Source of the DNA: Chthoniobacterales bacterium
GTDB taxonomy: Bacteria; Verrucomicrobiota; Verrucomicrobiia; Chthoniobacterales; JACTMZ01
DNA: 64,000 bases
Assembly: GCA_049451035.1 (NCBI GenBank)
Contig: JBMTVD010000001.1
Span: 910-64,909 of the forward strand
Reading direction: 5' to 3'
A model generated the notes under the pieces. That model was not told the DNA's origin and made no database searches. It saw only the letters and a list, made by a program, of their open reading frames with translations. Position 1 is the first letter of the stretch, and each line of letters opens with the position of its first letter. The position numbers and the translations under genes were made by a program. Shown here piece by piece: positions 31,440-41,563 of the stretch.

Positions 31440-32246
31440 TCAGAGTCCTGCGGCGCGCAGAAGCAACTCGAGAAATTTGGCGGCCTCGGCGGCGAAAGTG
31501 GCTGCATGGGCCAACAACTCGCGCCCGAAGCTGGCAAAGCTGACATAGGGCGTGGCCACGATGAGGAGCAACGAGAGAACCAGAAGGTTCATCAAGTAGA
31601 TGACGGTAAGCGAAAAGAAGGTCCCCCCGTAATGCAGATCGGACTGGCCCTTGGGGATCATGGCAACGGTAAAGCAGGCGTGGAAGCCCCAGGTGAAACC
31701 GAGCAGGCCGTAGAGGATTTTGGTCGCCAATTCGGCGTGCGGTTGAAGGTCGTAAAACGCGGAAGCAATACCGTAGGCGACGATCACGAAGACGCTGTAG
31801 ATGGGGATGAAATACGGGGCGAGAGCGATCCAAGTGTTGATCTTCGAGGAGACGATATACCCGCCCTCACGACTGACATTGAAAGCGGAGACACGGCCGA
31901 GCATGAGTTTGACCATGAGAGCGTGGGTCAATTCGTGGCCGAAAACATAAACGGTAAGCCACTTGGGGAGACCAAAGTAAATGATCAGCCAGCAAACAAG
32001 ACCGAGCCCGAAGAACCAGAACTCCGGCGTCATCCAAAAATGCGGGCGCCCGGGCACCTGCGACGTGAAGGCGTCGATGAGAGCGCTGAAGAACGCCGCG
32101 GTCAGCACGTAGCAGACGGGCAGAAGAAAAAGACCGACGAAAAATTTGACCCAGCGCACCGGGACGGTGACGACATCCCCGCGGGCCGTGCACGAGGCAT
32201 TGAGACGGTTGTCCCGCGGCGGCTTGCGGCGGGAAGCTTTCGGCAT
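31440..32246 (-). CDS. Putative membrane-embedded zinc metallopeptidase (HExxH)
   Basis: 268 aa, multiple TM segments, motif [12 protein letters not shown]. The family assignment is uncertain. Confidence 0.6.
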   Translation of the reverse strand: MPKASRRKPPRDNRLNASCTARGDVVTVPVRWVKFFVGLFLLPVCYVLTAAFFSALIDAFTSQVPGRPHFWMTPEFWFFGLGLVCWLIIYFGLPKWLTVYVFGHELTHALMVKLMLGRVSAFNVSREGGYIVSSKINTWIALAPYFIPIYSVFVIVAYGIASAFYDLQPHAELATKILYGLLGFTWGFHACFTVAMIPKGQSDLHYGGTFFSLTVIYLMNLLVLSLLLIVATPYVSFASFGRELLAHAATFAAEAAKFLELLLRAAGL

Positions 32247-32262
32247 CGGGCGATGCGGGTCG

Positions 32263-32820
32263 TCAGGCGCGACCCATGTAGGCGCCGGTGCGCGTGTCGA
32301 TCTTCACCATCTCGCCCTCCTTGATGAAAAGCGGGACGTTGACGACAAGCCCGGTCTCGAGCGTGGCGCTCTTTTGCACATTGCTGGCCGTGTCGCCGCG
32401 CACCCCCTCGGGCGACTCGACGACCTTCAGCGTGACAGAAGGCGGAATCTCCACCTCGACCGCCTTGCCCTCGGCGTAGAGAACGTCGATTTTGAGATTT
32501 TCCACGAGGTAGTCTTTGGCCGAAGAGAGCAAATTTTCGTCGAGTTCAAGCGACTCGTAGCTCTCGGGATCCATGAAGTGATAACCTTGGTGGTCTTTGT
32601 AACTGAACTCGAGCGGGCGGCGCTGCAGGTCGACAAGTTCGACTTTTTCCGTCGAACTGAAGCGAACATCGCTCGATTTGCCGGTTTTGATGCTGCGGAT
32701 GATGGCCTGCACGAAGGCGCGGAGGTTGCCGGGCGTGCGGTGATGGACTTCCAAAACGACGTAAGTGTCGTTGTTGTATTTGATGGCCATTCCTTTGCGG
32801 AGGTCGTTGGCTGCGGGCAT
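32263..32820 (-). CDS. efp: Elongation factor P
   Basis: 185 aa. It is colinear with E. coli EF-P (NDLRKGMAIKY..., VVESPEGVRGDTAS, VNVPLFIKEGEMVKIDTRTGAYMGR). Confidence 0.95.
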   Translation of the reverse strand: MPAANDLRKGMAIKYNNDTYVVLEVHHRTPGNLRAFVQAIIRSIKTGKSSDVRFSSTEKVELVDLQRRPLEFSYKDHQGYHFMDPESYESLELDENLLSSAKDYLVENLKIDVLYAEGKAVEVEIPPSVTLKVVESPEGVRGDTASNVQKSATLETGLVVNVPLFIKEGEMVKIDTRTGAYMGRA

Positions 32821-32856
32821 GGGTGTTGTTTGGGTGAGGGCTTGCGAATGCGGAGA

Positions 32857-33843
32857 TCAGACACCTTGGAGGCGCGAGAGATCCTGTGAGTCGATGATGC
32901 CGATGGGGCGGTTTGCGGAATCCACCACAACCAGATCGTCGACGCGGTGGGTCTTTAGCATGTGCAGAGCTTCGGCGGCAAGCTTGTCGCCGCCGATGGT
33001 GAGCGGCGATTTGCTCATGAAGTCCCGCACCGGTTGCGACCCGAGGTCGGGATGAGACTGGTAATGGCGGGCCAGATCGCCGTGGGTGAAAACGCCCGAC
33101 AACTTTCCTTCGGCCCCGACGATGGCCGATGCGCCGGCACGGCATTCGGTCATTTTCTTCAGGACATCGAGGACCTTGTCGTTCTCGCCGCAAATGGCGA
33201 CCTGCGCACCTTTGCGCATGATCTGGTTGACACGGTAAAGCAGGGCACGGCCGAGGGTACCCCCCGGATGAAAACGCGCAAAGTCTTGCTTGTCGAAGCC
33301 TCGAGCCTCGAGCAAGACCATGGCGAGCGCGTCACCAAGCGCCAGCATGGCGGTGGTGCTGCTGGTCGGGGCTAGATTGAGCGGACAAGCCTCCTGCTCC
33401 ACCGAGACGTCGAGGCAGACATCGGCCGCTTGCCCGAGCGTCGAGCGGGGCTGACCGGTCAGGGCGATGAGCTTCACCTCGAAACGCGCCAGAGGCGGGA
33501 GGATATTGAGAAGTTCGACGGTCTCGCCCCCGTAGCTGATGGCCAAGACGACGTCACCGTCGGCCACCAGGCCGAGGTCGCCATGGAGGGCATTGAGGGA
33601 GTTGAGGACCACCGCCGTGGATCCGGTGCTGGTCAGGGTGGCCGCGATTTTGTCGCCGATGTGACCCGACTTACCCACTCCGCAGACGACGATTTTGCCG
33701 CGATTGGAAAGGGAATCCATCATCAGCGCAATGGCACGACCGAAGGCGGCACCATCGAGACGGTCGGCCAAACGACGGAGTTCGTCGGCTTCGGTGCCGA
33801 TGACCTTGCGGGCGAGGGATAAGTAGTCCATCCGGGACGCCAT
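32857..33843 (-). CDS. kdsD: Arabinose-5-phosphate isomerase (KpsF/GutQ family, SIS plus CBS pair)
   Basis: GKIVVCGVGKSGHIGDKIAATL is the SIS domain. C-terminal CBS repeats follow. Confidence 0.9.
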   Translation of the reverse strand: MASRMDYLSLARKVIGTEADELRRLADRLDGAAFGRAIALMMDSLSNRGKIVVCGVGKSGHIGDKIAATLTSTGSTAVVLNSLNALHGDLGLVADGDVVLAISYGGETVELLNILPPLARFEVKLIALTGQPRSTLGQAADVCLDVSVEQEACPLNLAPTSSTTAMLALGDALAMVLLEARGFDKQDFARFHPGGTLGRALLYRVNQIMRKGAQVAICGENDKVLDVLKKMTECRAGASAIVGAEGKLSGVFTHGDLARHYQSHPDLGSQPVRDFMSKSPLTIGGDKLAAEALHMLKTHRVDDLVVVDSANRPIGIIDSQDLSRLQGV

Positions 33844-33911
33844 GTTCGTTTCGGGGCGCCCCGCATGGCGAGGCGTTTTTCATTGTTGCGGCGGACACGG
33901 TCATCTTTAAG

Positions 33912-34229
33912 ATGCCCGATATGAGCCGAGGACTCGCCGCTCTCCTATTGCTCACCACCTTGGTTCCCGTGGCCGCGCAGGACTTCGTGGCCCCGGCGCA
34001 ACCGCGGCGCGAGATCCGACCGCCCGCCCCGAAACCGGTGACACCGCTCGATCCGGATTCCGTTGTCGAAGGGGTGGTGGCCGCGGCTTTCCAGACACGG
34101 CAACCGTGGCAACTGGTCAATCCGCTCGCGCCCAAGGGCTACGGCGACGGCCGCTACCTGACGTCGTGGGACCCGGATGACGAAGGCAAGCCCAAGGGTT
34201 TCATTCTTTTCGGCATCCGATTCTGGTAA
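33912..34229 (+). CDS. Small secreted hypothetical protein
   Basis: Signal peptide MSRGLAALLLLTTLVPVAAQD, a Pro-rich middle, and an aromatic C-terminus FGIRFW. No family recognised. Confidence 0.5.
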   Translation: MPDMSRGLAALLLLTTLVPVAAQDFVAPAQPRREIRPPAPKPVTPLDPDSVVEGVVAAAFQTRQPWQLVNPLAPKGYGDGRYLTSWDPDDEGKPKGFILFGIRFW

Positions 34230-34251
34230 AGCCGGGCAGGCCACCCGGTCG

Positions 34252-35310
34252 ATGCGTCTTCTCTTCATCAAACTGCGCCACATCGGCGACGCGCTGCTGC
34301 TCACGCCGACTCTGGCTGCGGTGAAGCAGGCGCTGCCCCGCTGTGAAATCTGGGTGGTCGTGCGCAAGGGTAGCGAGGGGATCCTCGCCGGCTGTCCTCA
34401 TATCGACCAACTGCGCACGGCCATGATCCCGGAGCACGGCAAGGCACGCGATGAGTACCGCGGACGAGACCGCCGCCTGTTGGCTGAGCTGCGCGCCGCC
34501 CGCTTCGAGCATGCTTTCGAGCTGAGCGGCGGCGACCGCGGGCGCTGGATGGCCCTGCTGAGCGGAGCTCGCGGACGTACCGCCAACACTCCCGGCCGTG
34601 CGTTCCCCAAGTGGTGGCGTCTAGCCTTCAATCGTCCCTCGACACGCCGTCGCTTCGGGTGGCACGAATTGCAGCGCGACTATCTGACGGTCGCCGACAT
34701 TCTTCCCCTACCCGAGGAGATCCCCGCCTTCCGGTTCGAGCCGTCCGCCCGCCAGACTTGGGCACCAGCGCAGGCCTTCGACGAGTTCGCAGTCGTTCAC
34801 GCCGGGACTCGCTGGGAAAGAAAATCGTGGCCCGAGGAGCGCTGGATCGAGGCCGGGCGGGCGCTGCTCGAACGCGTTCCGCGAATCGTGCTCAGCAGCG
34901 GACCGGATCCGCGGGAGCGCGCCCTCAACGGGCGCTTGTGCGCGGCACTCGGTCCCCGGGCCATCTCGACCGACGGCCAGACGGATTGGTCCCAACTGGC
35001 GTGGCTGCTTTCACGGGCCAAACTTTTTGCGGGGGTGGATACGGCGGCGATGCATCTGGCCGCCGCTTGCCAGTGCCCGACCGTGGCCCTCTTCGGGGGG
35101 TCGAAATATTTCGAATGGTATCCCTGGCGGGTGCGGAGCCTCGTGGTGAGGCCGCAGGCGTGGATCGGCGAGGAGCGGACAGCAGGCATGCCGGACAGCG
35201 AACTGATGCGCGCGATCCCGGTGGAAAAGGTTGTCGCCGCCTTCGACGAGGTGCTGGCGGGCGGCGGGACCGTCCGCCCCGCGGAGAGTGCCCTAGTGCT
35301 TGCGGCGTAA
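34252..35310 (+). CDS. Family 9 glycosyltransferase (LPS heptosyltransferase-like)
   Basis: ATG 34252 gives MRLLFIKLRHIGDALLLTPTLAAVK. The C-terminal part has GVDTAAMHLAAACQCPTVALFG. Confidence 0.8.
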   Translation: MRLLFIKLRHIGDALLLTPTLAAVKQALPRCEIWVVVRKGSEGILAGCPHIDQLRTAMIPEHGKARDEYRGRDRRLLAELRAARFEHAFELSGGDRGRWMALLSGARGRTANTPGRAFPKWWRLAFNRPSTRRRFGWHELQRDYLTVADILPLPEEIPAFRFEPSARQTWAPAQAFDEFAVVHAGTRWERKSWPEERWIEAGRALLERVPRIVLSSGPDPRERALNGRLCAALGPRAISTDGQTDWSQLAWLLSRAKLFAGVDTAAMHLAAACQCPTVALFGGSKYFEWYPWRVRSLVVRPQAWIGEERTAGMPDSELMRAIPVEKVVAAFDEVLAGGGTVRPAESALVLAA

Positions 35311-36183
35311 CATGAGGTCCGCGAGACCGTGCAAAATCCGGGCGCGAGGACCCAGCGGGGCCAGGGCCTGGACGGCGTTGTCCGTCCAGCGCGCCGCCAA
35401 TTCCCGCGAGCCCTCCAACCCGTAAAGGGCGGGGAAAGTCATTTTCCCGGCGGCGATGTCCTTGCCGGCGGTTTTGCCCAATTTTTTCGCGCTCTGCGTT
35501 GCGTCGAGGACATCATCCTGGATTTGGAAGGCCAAGCCGAGGGCGAAACCGAAACGATCAAGGGCCTCGATCTGGCGGCCGGTTCCGCCACCGCTCAGGC
35601 CTCCGAGTTTGAGCGCGGCGCGCAACAACATGCCGGTCTTGGCGGCGTGGATAAAATAGAGCGCGGGTTCGGAAGGCTTCCGTCCCTCGGCTTCGAGGTC
35701 GGCCATTTGGCCCGCGATCAGCCCGCGCGATCCCGCGGCCCGGGCCAATTCGGCGACAAGATTTCCGGCGGTGACCGGCTTCCTGGGCTTGGCCGAGACC
35801 AACACCGCAAACGCCTCGGTCAGCAGAGCATCGCCGGCCAGCACGGCGACGCCCTCGCCGAAAACTTTGTGCGATGTCGGCTTGCCGCGGCGCAGGTCGT
35901 CGTTGTCCATGCAGGGCAAATCGTCGTGGACCAGCGAGTAGGTGTGGACCAACTCGACCGCGCAGGCCGCGGGGAGCGCATCGCGCACCGTCCCGCCGCA
36001 GGCTTCGGAAGCCGCACAGCACAAAACCGGACGGAGGCGCTTGCCGCCGGCAAGGAGACTGTAGCGCATGGCGCGGTGGATGGTGGCGGGTTTGGTGCGC
36101 GCCGGTGGCACGGAGGCGCGCAACGCCGCGGTGACAGCCGCGCGCGTGCGGCGCAGCCAAACTTGGAGCGAGTCGGGTTTCAC
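35293..36183 (-). CDS. ispA: Polyprenyl (farnesyl/geranylgeranyl) diphosphate synthase
   Basis: GTG 36183 overlaps the upstream stop (GTGA). The first DDxxD motif is LVHDDLPCMDNDDLRRG and the second is FQIQDDVLD. Confidence 0.9.
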   Translation of the reverse strand: MKPDSLQVWLRRTRAAVTAALRASVPPARTKPATIHRAMRYSLLAGGKRLRPVLCCAASEACGGTVRDALPAACAVELVHTYSLVHDDLPCMDNDDLRRGKPTSHKVFGEGVAVLAGDALLTEAFAVLVSAKPRKPVTAGNLVAELARAAGSRGLIAGQMADLEAEGRKPSEPALYFIHAAKTGMLLRAALKLGGLSGGGTGRQIEALDRFGFALGLAFQIQDDVLDATQSAKKLGKTAGKDIAAGKMTFPALYGLEGSRELAARWTDNAVQALAPLGPRARILHGLADLMLRRKH

Positions 36184-37931
36184 GGTTTTTGGCCGTCCCG
36201 CTTGGCCGCGAGAACGGGGATCACTTTGGCCAACGGCAGGCAGTTCACGATGTCCTTTGCGGTCAACCAGCCCTTGCGGGCGGCACCCACCCCGAAATAC
36301 AGGCTCTGCAGCCCCCCGACGGAATGCGCATCGGGGTTGATAACACACCGCACTCCTTTCTCCTTGGCCAGACGCCACCACCGCCAGTCCAAGTCGAGGC
36401 GGTGCGGATCGGCGTTCAACTCGATGATGGTTCCCGTGGCCGCGGCGGCATCGAGGATGTCGGGGATGTTCACGGCGTAGGCATCTCGCTTGAGCAAGAG
36501 ACGCCCGGTGAGGTGCCCTAGCATGGTCACCTGGCGGTTTTCCATGGCACGGACAAGGCGCTTGGTCATCTCCGCTTCGGGAAGGGTGAATGACGAGTGC
36601 ACGCTGGCCACCACGTAGTCGAGTTGCGCAAGAAGGGAATCGGGAAAATCGAGTGTACCGTCCTTGAGAATGTCGCACTCCGTGCCGGCGAAGAGACGGA
36701 ATCCGTCGAAGCCTTTGTTCAGCGCCTTGATCTCGGCGATTTGTTTTTTGAGACGGGCGGCGTCGAGCCCGTTGGCCTGGACAGAAGCTTTGCTGTGATC
36801 GGCGATGCCCAGGTATTGGAGGCCGAGGTCCTGGGCGGCGGCCGCCATCTCGGCCAATGTGTTGCGACCGTCGCTGGCCCGCGTATGGCAGTGGAATGTT
36901 CCCTTGATCTGCTCGAGCCTCACCAAGTCAGGGAGCTTGTGCCCGGCCGCTGCCTCGAATTCGCCGCGGTCTTCCCGCAACTCGGGCTCGATAAAATCGA
37001 ACCCGAAGAGTTCGTAGAGATCACGCTCGTCGCGGATCTCGGGGATTTTCGGTGCACCCTTTTTCGCCGGGGCGAGCCGGTATTCGTTGAGGGTCCATCC
37101 CCGGTCCTGGGCGAGCCCGCGCAGGCGGATATTGTGCTCCTTGCTCCCGGTGAAGTAGTTCTGCGCGAAGGGAAATTCCGCGTCGGTAACCACGCGCAGG
37201 TCGGCTTGGATGCCGTCCTTGAGCACGGCGCTGGATTTGGTGTCACCCGCGGCGATGACCTTCTCCACGAGCGGATGCTCACGGAAGGCGCGGGAGACAA
37301 CTGCCGGCTCGTTGGTCGAAACAATGAGATCAATATCGTGCACCGTGTCGTTGCGACGCCGCGTGCTGCCTCCGAGCGAGATGCGGACCACTTCGGGCAA
37401 CGCGCGCAGATCGTCGTAGATCGTGCGGGAATCGTGCGCGGCGACCGAGGCGAGGTGCCGGCCCGCGCCCTGCTTCATCGAGTCCAACGCCTGCAGGAGT
37501 TTTTCCTCCGTCTTGGCGCCGAAGCCCTCCAGCCCCGCCACCTTGCCCGAGCGGCAGGCTTTCTCGAGGTCGGCGAGGGAGGCCACTTTGAGCTTCTCGT
37601 AAAGCGCTTTGATTTTTTTCGGCCCGAGGCCGGGAACATCGAACAACTCGAAAAGCTTCGGCGGAAATTGGGCAACGAGGTCGTCGTAGTAGGGCAGCTT
37701 CCCGGTGGTGACGAGGGTGGAGATTTTTTCGCGCAGGGCTTCCCCGATACCGGCGATGCCTTGGAGGCCGGTCTCGCGCACCAAAGTGCCGAGGTCACCC
37801 TCCAGAAGTTCGAGGGTGCGAGCGCCGTTGCGGTAGGCGCGCACTTTGAAGGGGTTCTCGCCCTGGAGTTCGAGGAGAAGCGCGATACGTTCGAGAACTT
37901 CGACCACCCGGTCGCGGGTCACGGGAGTCAT
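36180..37931 (-). CDS. PolX-family DNA polymerase/3'-5' exonuclease with C-terminal PHP domain
   Basis: The N-terminal HhH/PolX part is ENPFKVRAYRNGARTLE. The PHP domain has FHCHTRASDG. I prefer ATG 37931 to the track start TTG 37952. Confidence 0.85.
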   Translation of the reverse strand: MTPVTRDRVVEVLERIALLLELQGENPFKVRAYRNGARTLELLEGDLGTLVRETGLQGIAGIGEALREKISTLVTTGKLPYYDDLVAQFPPKLFELFDVPGLGPKKIKALYEKLKVASLADLEKACRSGKVAGLEGFGAKTEEKLLQALDSMKQGAGRHLASVAAHDSRTIYDDLRALPEVVRISLGGSTRRRNDTVHDIDLIVSTNEPAVVSRAFREHPLVEKVIAAGDTKSSAVLKDGIQADLRVVTDAEFPFAQNYFTGSKEHNIRLRGLAQDRGWTLNEYRLAPAKKGAPKIPEIRDERDLYELFGFDFIEPELREDRGEFEAAAGHKLPDLVRLEQIKGTFHCHTRASDGRNTLAEMAAAAQDLGLQYLGIADHSKASVQANGLDAARLKKQIAEIKALNKGFDGFRLFAGTECDILKDGTLDFPDSLLAQLDYVVASVHSSFTLPEAEMTKRLVRAMENRQVTMLGHLTGRLLLKRDAYAVNIPDILDAAAATGTIIELNADPHRLDLDWRWWRLAKEKGVRCVINPDAHSVGGLQSLYFGVGAARKGWLTAKDIVNCLPLAKVIPVLAAKRDGQKP

Positions 37932-37932
37932 A

Positions 37933-38721
37933 TCAACGGGTGTAGGTGGCAACGCGGTTGCGCCAACCGGGCAGCCAGCGGCTTTCGCCCCGGGCGCGGG
38001 GAGATAATTCCACGCGGCGGGTGAGGACCCGGTCGGCGCTCTTGGCGAAAGCGGCGGTGGGCGATCCGGTGTCGGACATGCCGGCCAGCACTTGGGCCAA
38101 GCCCCATCCTTCGCCTTGGTAGCGTTCGGTGGGTGAGGTCCCCTCGCCTTTGAAGTTCACGTAGTCCATGAGCGGATAAAGTCCACCGGGGGCGTTGGCC
38201 ACGCGGTAGAAGTTGCGGCGGATTTTTTCGCGCTCGTTGGCGGGGGCGGCGGCGAGCATTTTCGGGAGAGCGGCTTCGAGGCGCAGGGCGGCAAAGCGGG
38301 CTTGTGGTCCGACGGTCGAGGCCAGCAGCGAGCGGAGCTCCTCCATGCGGGGCGAGCGGAAGTCGGCCATGAACGAGGCACGGTCGGGCCACGGACAGGC
38401 CTTGGCCGAGACGAGCCAAGCGGGAAGCCTCACGCCTTGCCCTCGCAGGAACTCGACGAGAGCGGGAAAACTCTCTTTGAAAGGCCCGCGTTGGCCGGCG
38501 GGGTACCAGATGAAGTGGCCGATCCCCAGCGAGGGGAAATCCTCGCCCTTGTTCCAAGAAGTCAGCCCGTCTTTGGTTCCCGCGCACTCATTGCGCCAGA
38601 TCTTTTCGCCGATACTGTCCGCTTCGGTATCGCTCACGCGGATAGCGGTCGCGTCGGCGCGGACTCCGACCGCGCAAACCAAGGCCAGAACGGCGAAGGC
38701 GCGGAGGAGGAAGAGGCTCAC
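37933..38721 (-). CDS. Secreted hypothetical protein
   Basis: GTG 38721 gives the signal-like VSLFLLRAFAVLALVCAVGVRA. The body (IWRNECAGTKDGLTSWNKGEDFPSLGIGHFIWYP...) looks protein-like but I do not recognise the family. Confidence 0.6.
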   Translation of the reverse strand: MSLFLLRAFAVLALVCAVGVRADATAIRVSDTEADSIGEKIWRNECAGTKDGLTSWNKGEDFPSLGIGHFIWYPAGQRGPFKESFPALVEFLRGQGVRLPAWLVSAKACPWPDRASFMADFRSPRMEELRSLLASTVGPQARFAALRLEAALPKMLAAAPANEREKIRRNFYRVANAPGGLYPLMDYVNFKGEGTSPTERYQGEGWGLAQVLAGMSDTGSPTAAFAKSADRVLTRRVELSPRARGESRWLPGWRNRVATYTR

Positions 38722-38732
38722 CGCTGGGTCGC

Positions 38733-39836
38733 TCAGGCCCCGCCGACCCGCATGGGCATGAGAACGTAGACGAAGGGCGCGTTGATTTTGATCACTCCCG
38801 GACTGATGTCGTCGATCAATTCGATATGAACCTCGTCCTCGCTGAGGTAGCGCAGAGGAGCCATGAGGAACTCGGGATTGAAAGCGATGGAAATTTCTTT
38901 GCCCTTGTAGGCCACCGCCAGCGCCTCGCGGGCCTCGCCCACTTCCGGGGTGTTGCAGCTGATGTCGAGGTTGCCCTTTCCAAACGTCAGACGGACCGAG
39001 GCCGTTTTCTCGCTGTTGAGGAGCGAAACGCGGCGCACGGCATTGAGCAGCGACTCGCGCTCCACGGTGACACGCTCGTTGACCTTGGTCGGGATGACCT
39101 GCACATAGTTGGGATAGTTGCCCTCGACGAGTTTGGAGATAAGCGTGGTCGGACCGCAATCGAACTGCACCATGTTCTGGGCGAGGCGGACCACGACGTC
39201 CCCGTCATCCTTGAGAGCGCGCATCAGCTCGTGAATGGCCTTGGTGCGGACGATGAACTCGCGCTCCTGACTCTTGGGGATTTCGAGATCGTTGACTTCG
39301 GCCAGGGCAAGGCGGCGACCGTCGGTGGCCACGAGGGTGAGTTTGTCGCCCTTGAACGAGAAGAAGATGCCGTTGAGCACGTAGCGCGTCTCGTCGAGCG
39401 AGATGGCGTAGTGGGTTTTGCGCAGCGCGTCCTTCAGATCCGCCGACTTCAAGGTGAATTCCACGGGGCCGTCGAAAGCGGGCAGGCCGGGGAATTCCGC
39501 CTCCGGGAGGCCGAAGATTTTGTAGACGCCCGCACCGCTGTGGAGGGTCGCCACGCTCTTGGCGTCGACCTCGACGTCGATATCCGTTTTCGGGAGATCT
39601 TTGACCAGCGTACTCAAGCGCTTGGCCGGCAGGGTGGTGGTGCCCTGTTTGCCCGTCTTGGCCGCGACTTTGGTGCGCACGGTGAAATCCAGATCCGTGG
39701 CGGTGAGCGTCAGAGTGTCGCCCTCGGCTTGGAGGAGGACATTGGACAGGATCGGGAGGGTGCTGCGCGGGTTGACGGCACTGACCGCGTTGGTGAGACC
39801 GTCGGCGAAGGCTTCTTGGGAGATGGTGAATTTCAT
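38733..39836 (-). CDS. dnaN: DNA polymerase III beta sliding clamp
   Basis: ATG 39836 gives MKFTISQEAFADGLTNAVSAVNPRSTLPILSNVLL. 367 aa, directly downstream of dnaA. Confidence 0.95.
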   Translation of the reverse strand: MKFTISQEAFADGLTNAVSAVNPRSTLPILSNVLLQAEGDTLTLTATDLDFTVRTKVAAKTGKQGTTTLPAKRLSTLVKDLPKTDIDVEVDAKSVATLHSGAGVYKIFGLPEAEFPGLPAFDGPVEFTLKSADLKDALRKTHYAISLDETRYVLNGIFFSFKGDKLTLVATDGRRLALAEVNDLEIPKSQEREFIVRTKAIHELMRALKDDGDVVVRLAQNMVQFDCGPTTLISKLVEGNYPNYVQVIPTKVNERVTVERESLLNAVRRVSLLNSEKTASVRLTFGKGNLDISCNTPEVGEAREALAVAYKGKEISIAFNPEFLMAPLRYLSEDEVHIELIDDISPGVIKINAPFVYVLMPMRVGGA

Positions 39837-39927
39837 GATCTGTTGGCGTGTCCGCCCGAGCAGACTGTGCGGACGATGTATGTCGGAAAATTCCGGCGTC
39901 CTGTCAAAGCCAAAGCCCCTCCCCGCA

Positions 39928-41406
39928 TCACCTTTGCAGCGAGGCCTCGAGGAAACGAACGACCTGCCGCAGGTTTTCTTCCTTGTCCATGCGGTTTTGC
40001 ACCGTCTTGCAGGCGTGGATGACGGTACCATGGTCCTTGCCACCGAAAGCCTCCCCGATGTCCTGCAGGGAACATTTGGTCAAACGCCGCGAAATGAACA
40101 TGGCGACCTGCCGGGGAAAAGCGATGTTGGCCGGACGGCGTTTGCTGGTCATGTCGGCCAACCGTACGTCGTAGTGCTCGGCCACCTTGCGCTGGACTTG
40201 GTCGATGTTGACCGCGCGGCGGGCTTCCTCCTGGAGAATATCCCGCAGGAGGTGCTCGACGGACTCGTCACTGAGGGGGCGCCCGCTCAGCGAGGCGAAA
40301 GAGGCCACACGCAAGAGCGCACCCTCGAGGCGGCGGACGTTGGATTTGATGCGATGCGCCAGATACTCGAGCACATGGGTGGGGAGGGTAACCTGGAGGC
40401 TGTCGGCCTTTTTACGGAGAATGGCCAACCGCGTCTCCATGTCGGGCGGTTGGAGTTCGGCCGTCAGGCCCCACTCGAAGCGCGAGACAAGGCGCTGCTC
40501 GAGTTGGGCGATCTCACTGGGGGGCTGATCGCTGGAGAGGACGATCTGTTTGCGGCCCTCGAACAGCGAGTTGAAGGTATGGAAGAACTCCTCTTGGGAA
40601 CGCTCCTTGCCGGCCAGAAACTGGATGTCATCGATCAGCAGGACATCGGCTTGGCGGTAACGCTTGCGGAACTTGACCAGGGAATTGGTCTGGATGGCCT
40701 GGATGAATTCGTTGGTGAAAGTCTCGCTGCGCAGATAGGCCACTTTGGCGCCGCGCTTGGAGCGCGCGATGTGGTGGCCGATGGCATGCAGGAGGTGCGT
40801 CTTGCCGAGACCGACGCCACCGTGGATGAAGAGAGGATTGTAAGTGCGCGAGGGCGACTTGGCCACCGCGAGCGAGGCGGCATGGGCGAACTCGCTGTTG
40901 CTGCCGACGACAAAGCTGTCGAAAACGTAGCGGGGGTTGAGCCCGTAGGAGTCGCGCGCTTTCTCTTCGGCCTCGACCTCCACCTCGGCGTTGCCCGGGG
41001 CTTCCTTGGCGGGCGTGTCGGCGAAGTTTTCACCGTTGGACACGACAAACTTGAGCTTCCTCTTTCCGCCCAGCACGGTGAGGAGTGCAGCTTGGACTTG
41101 CGCGGCGTAATTACTCTCGATCCATACCTGGTAGATGCTGTTCGGCACGGCCAGCGTGAGAGCCTTGGCATCGAGGGCCTCGAGCTTCGCAGTGGAAAAC
41201 CAGCGATCGAAAACGCCCTGGCCCAATTCATCGCGCAAGGCCGATGAAATCTGGGCCCATGGGTTTTCGGCCTCTCCGGAAACCGGAGAGTTATTCACTT
41301 TGTTCTTGGCGGAGACGGGGGACGACGAGGCGGCTGGACGGCTAGAGCGGCGCGGTCGGGAGGGCGTGTTCCGGGAAGACGAGCTTGGGGAGGCTTGTCG
41401 GGGCAT
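39928..41406 (-). CDS. dnaA: Chromosomal replication initiator protein DnaA
   Basis: Walker A IHGGVGLGKTHLLHAIG, LLIDDIQFL, and C-terminal DNA-binding FGGKDHGTVIHACKTV. The N-terminal linker is S/P/R-rich. Confidence 0.95.
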   Translation of the reverse strand: MPRQASPSSSSRNTPSRPRRSSRPAASSSPVSAKNKVNNSPVSGEAENPWAQISSALRDELGQGVFDRWFSTAKLEALDAKALTLAVPNSIYQVWIESNYAAQVQAALLTVLGGKRKLKFVVSNGENFADTPAKEAPGNAEVEVEAEEKARDSYGLNPRYVFDSFVVGSNSEFAHAASLAVAKSPSRTYNPLFIHGGVGLGKTHLLHAIGHHIARSKRGAKVAYLRSETFTNEFIQAIQTNSLVKFRKRYRQADVLLIDDIQFLAGKERSQEEFFHTFNSLFEGRKQIVLSSDQPPSEIAQLEQRLVSRFEWGLTAELQPPDMETRLAILRKKADSLQVTLPTHVLEYLAHRIKSNVRRLEGALLRVASFASLSGRPLSDESVEHLLRDILQEEARRAVNIDQVQRKVAEHYDVRLADMTSKRRPANIAFPRQVAMFISRRLTKCSLQDIGEAFGGKDHGTVIHACKTVQNRMDKEENLRQVVRFLEASLQR

Positions 41407-41533
41407 AAAATCCTTCTGTTAGGCGGTGGAAATGGTTGGTAGGCATGGCCGCGCGAGCGCCCATGAGGTTTGCGCTCCGGCGGCGGCGCGCAGCACCGTT
41501 CCCCACCGGAAGTGAACGACGGAGGGAACAAGG

Positions 41534-41563
41534 TTGATCACGTCTATTCACAAGTTGTTCACA
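41534..41563 (+). promoter_or_regulatory. DnaA-box-like cluster upstream of dnaA (candidate oriC and/or dnaA autoregulation)
   Basis: TTGATCACG (41534-42), CTATTCACA (41544-52) and TTGTTCACA (41555-63), compared with consensus TTWTNCACA. A moderately AT-rich stretch lies at about 41613-41655. Confidence 0.5.
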
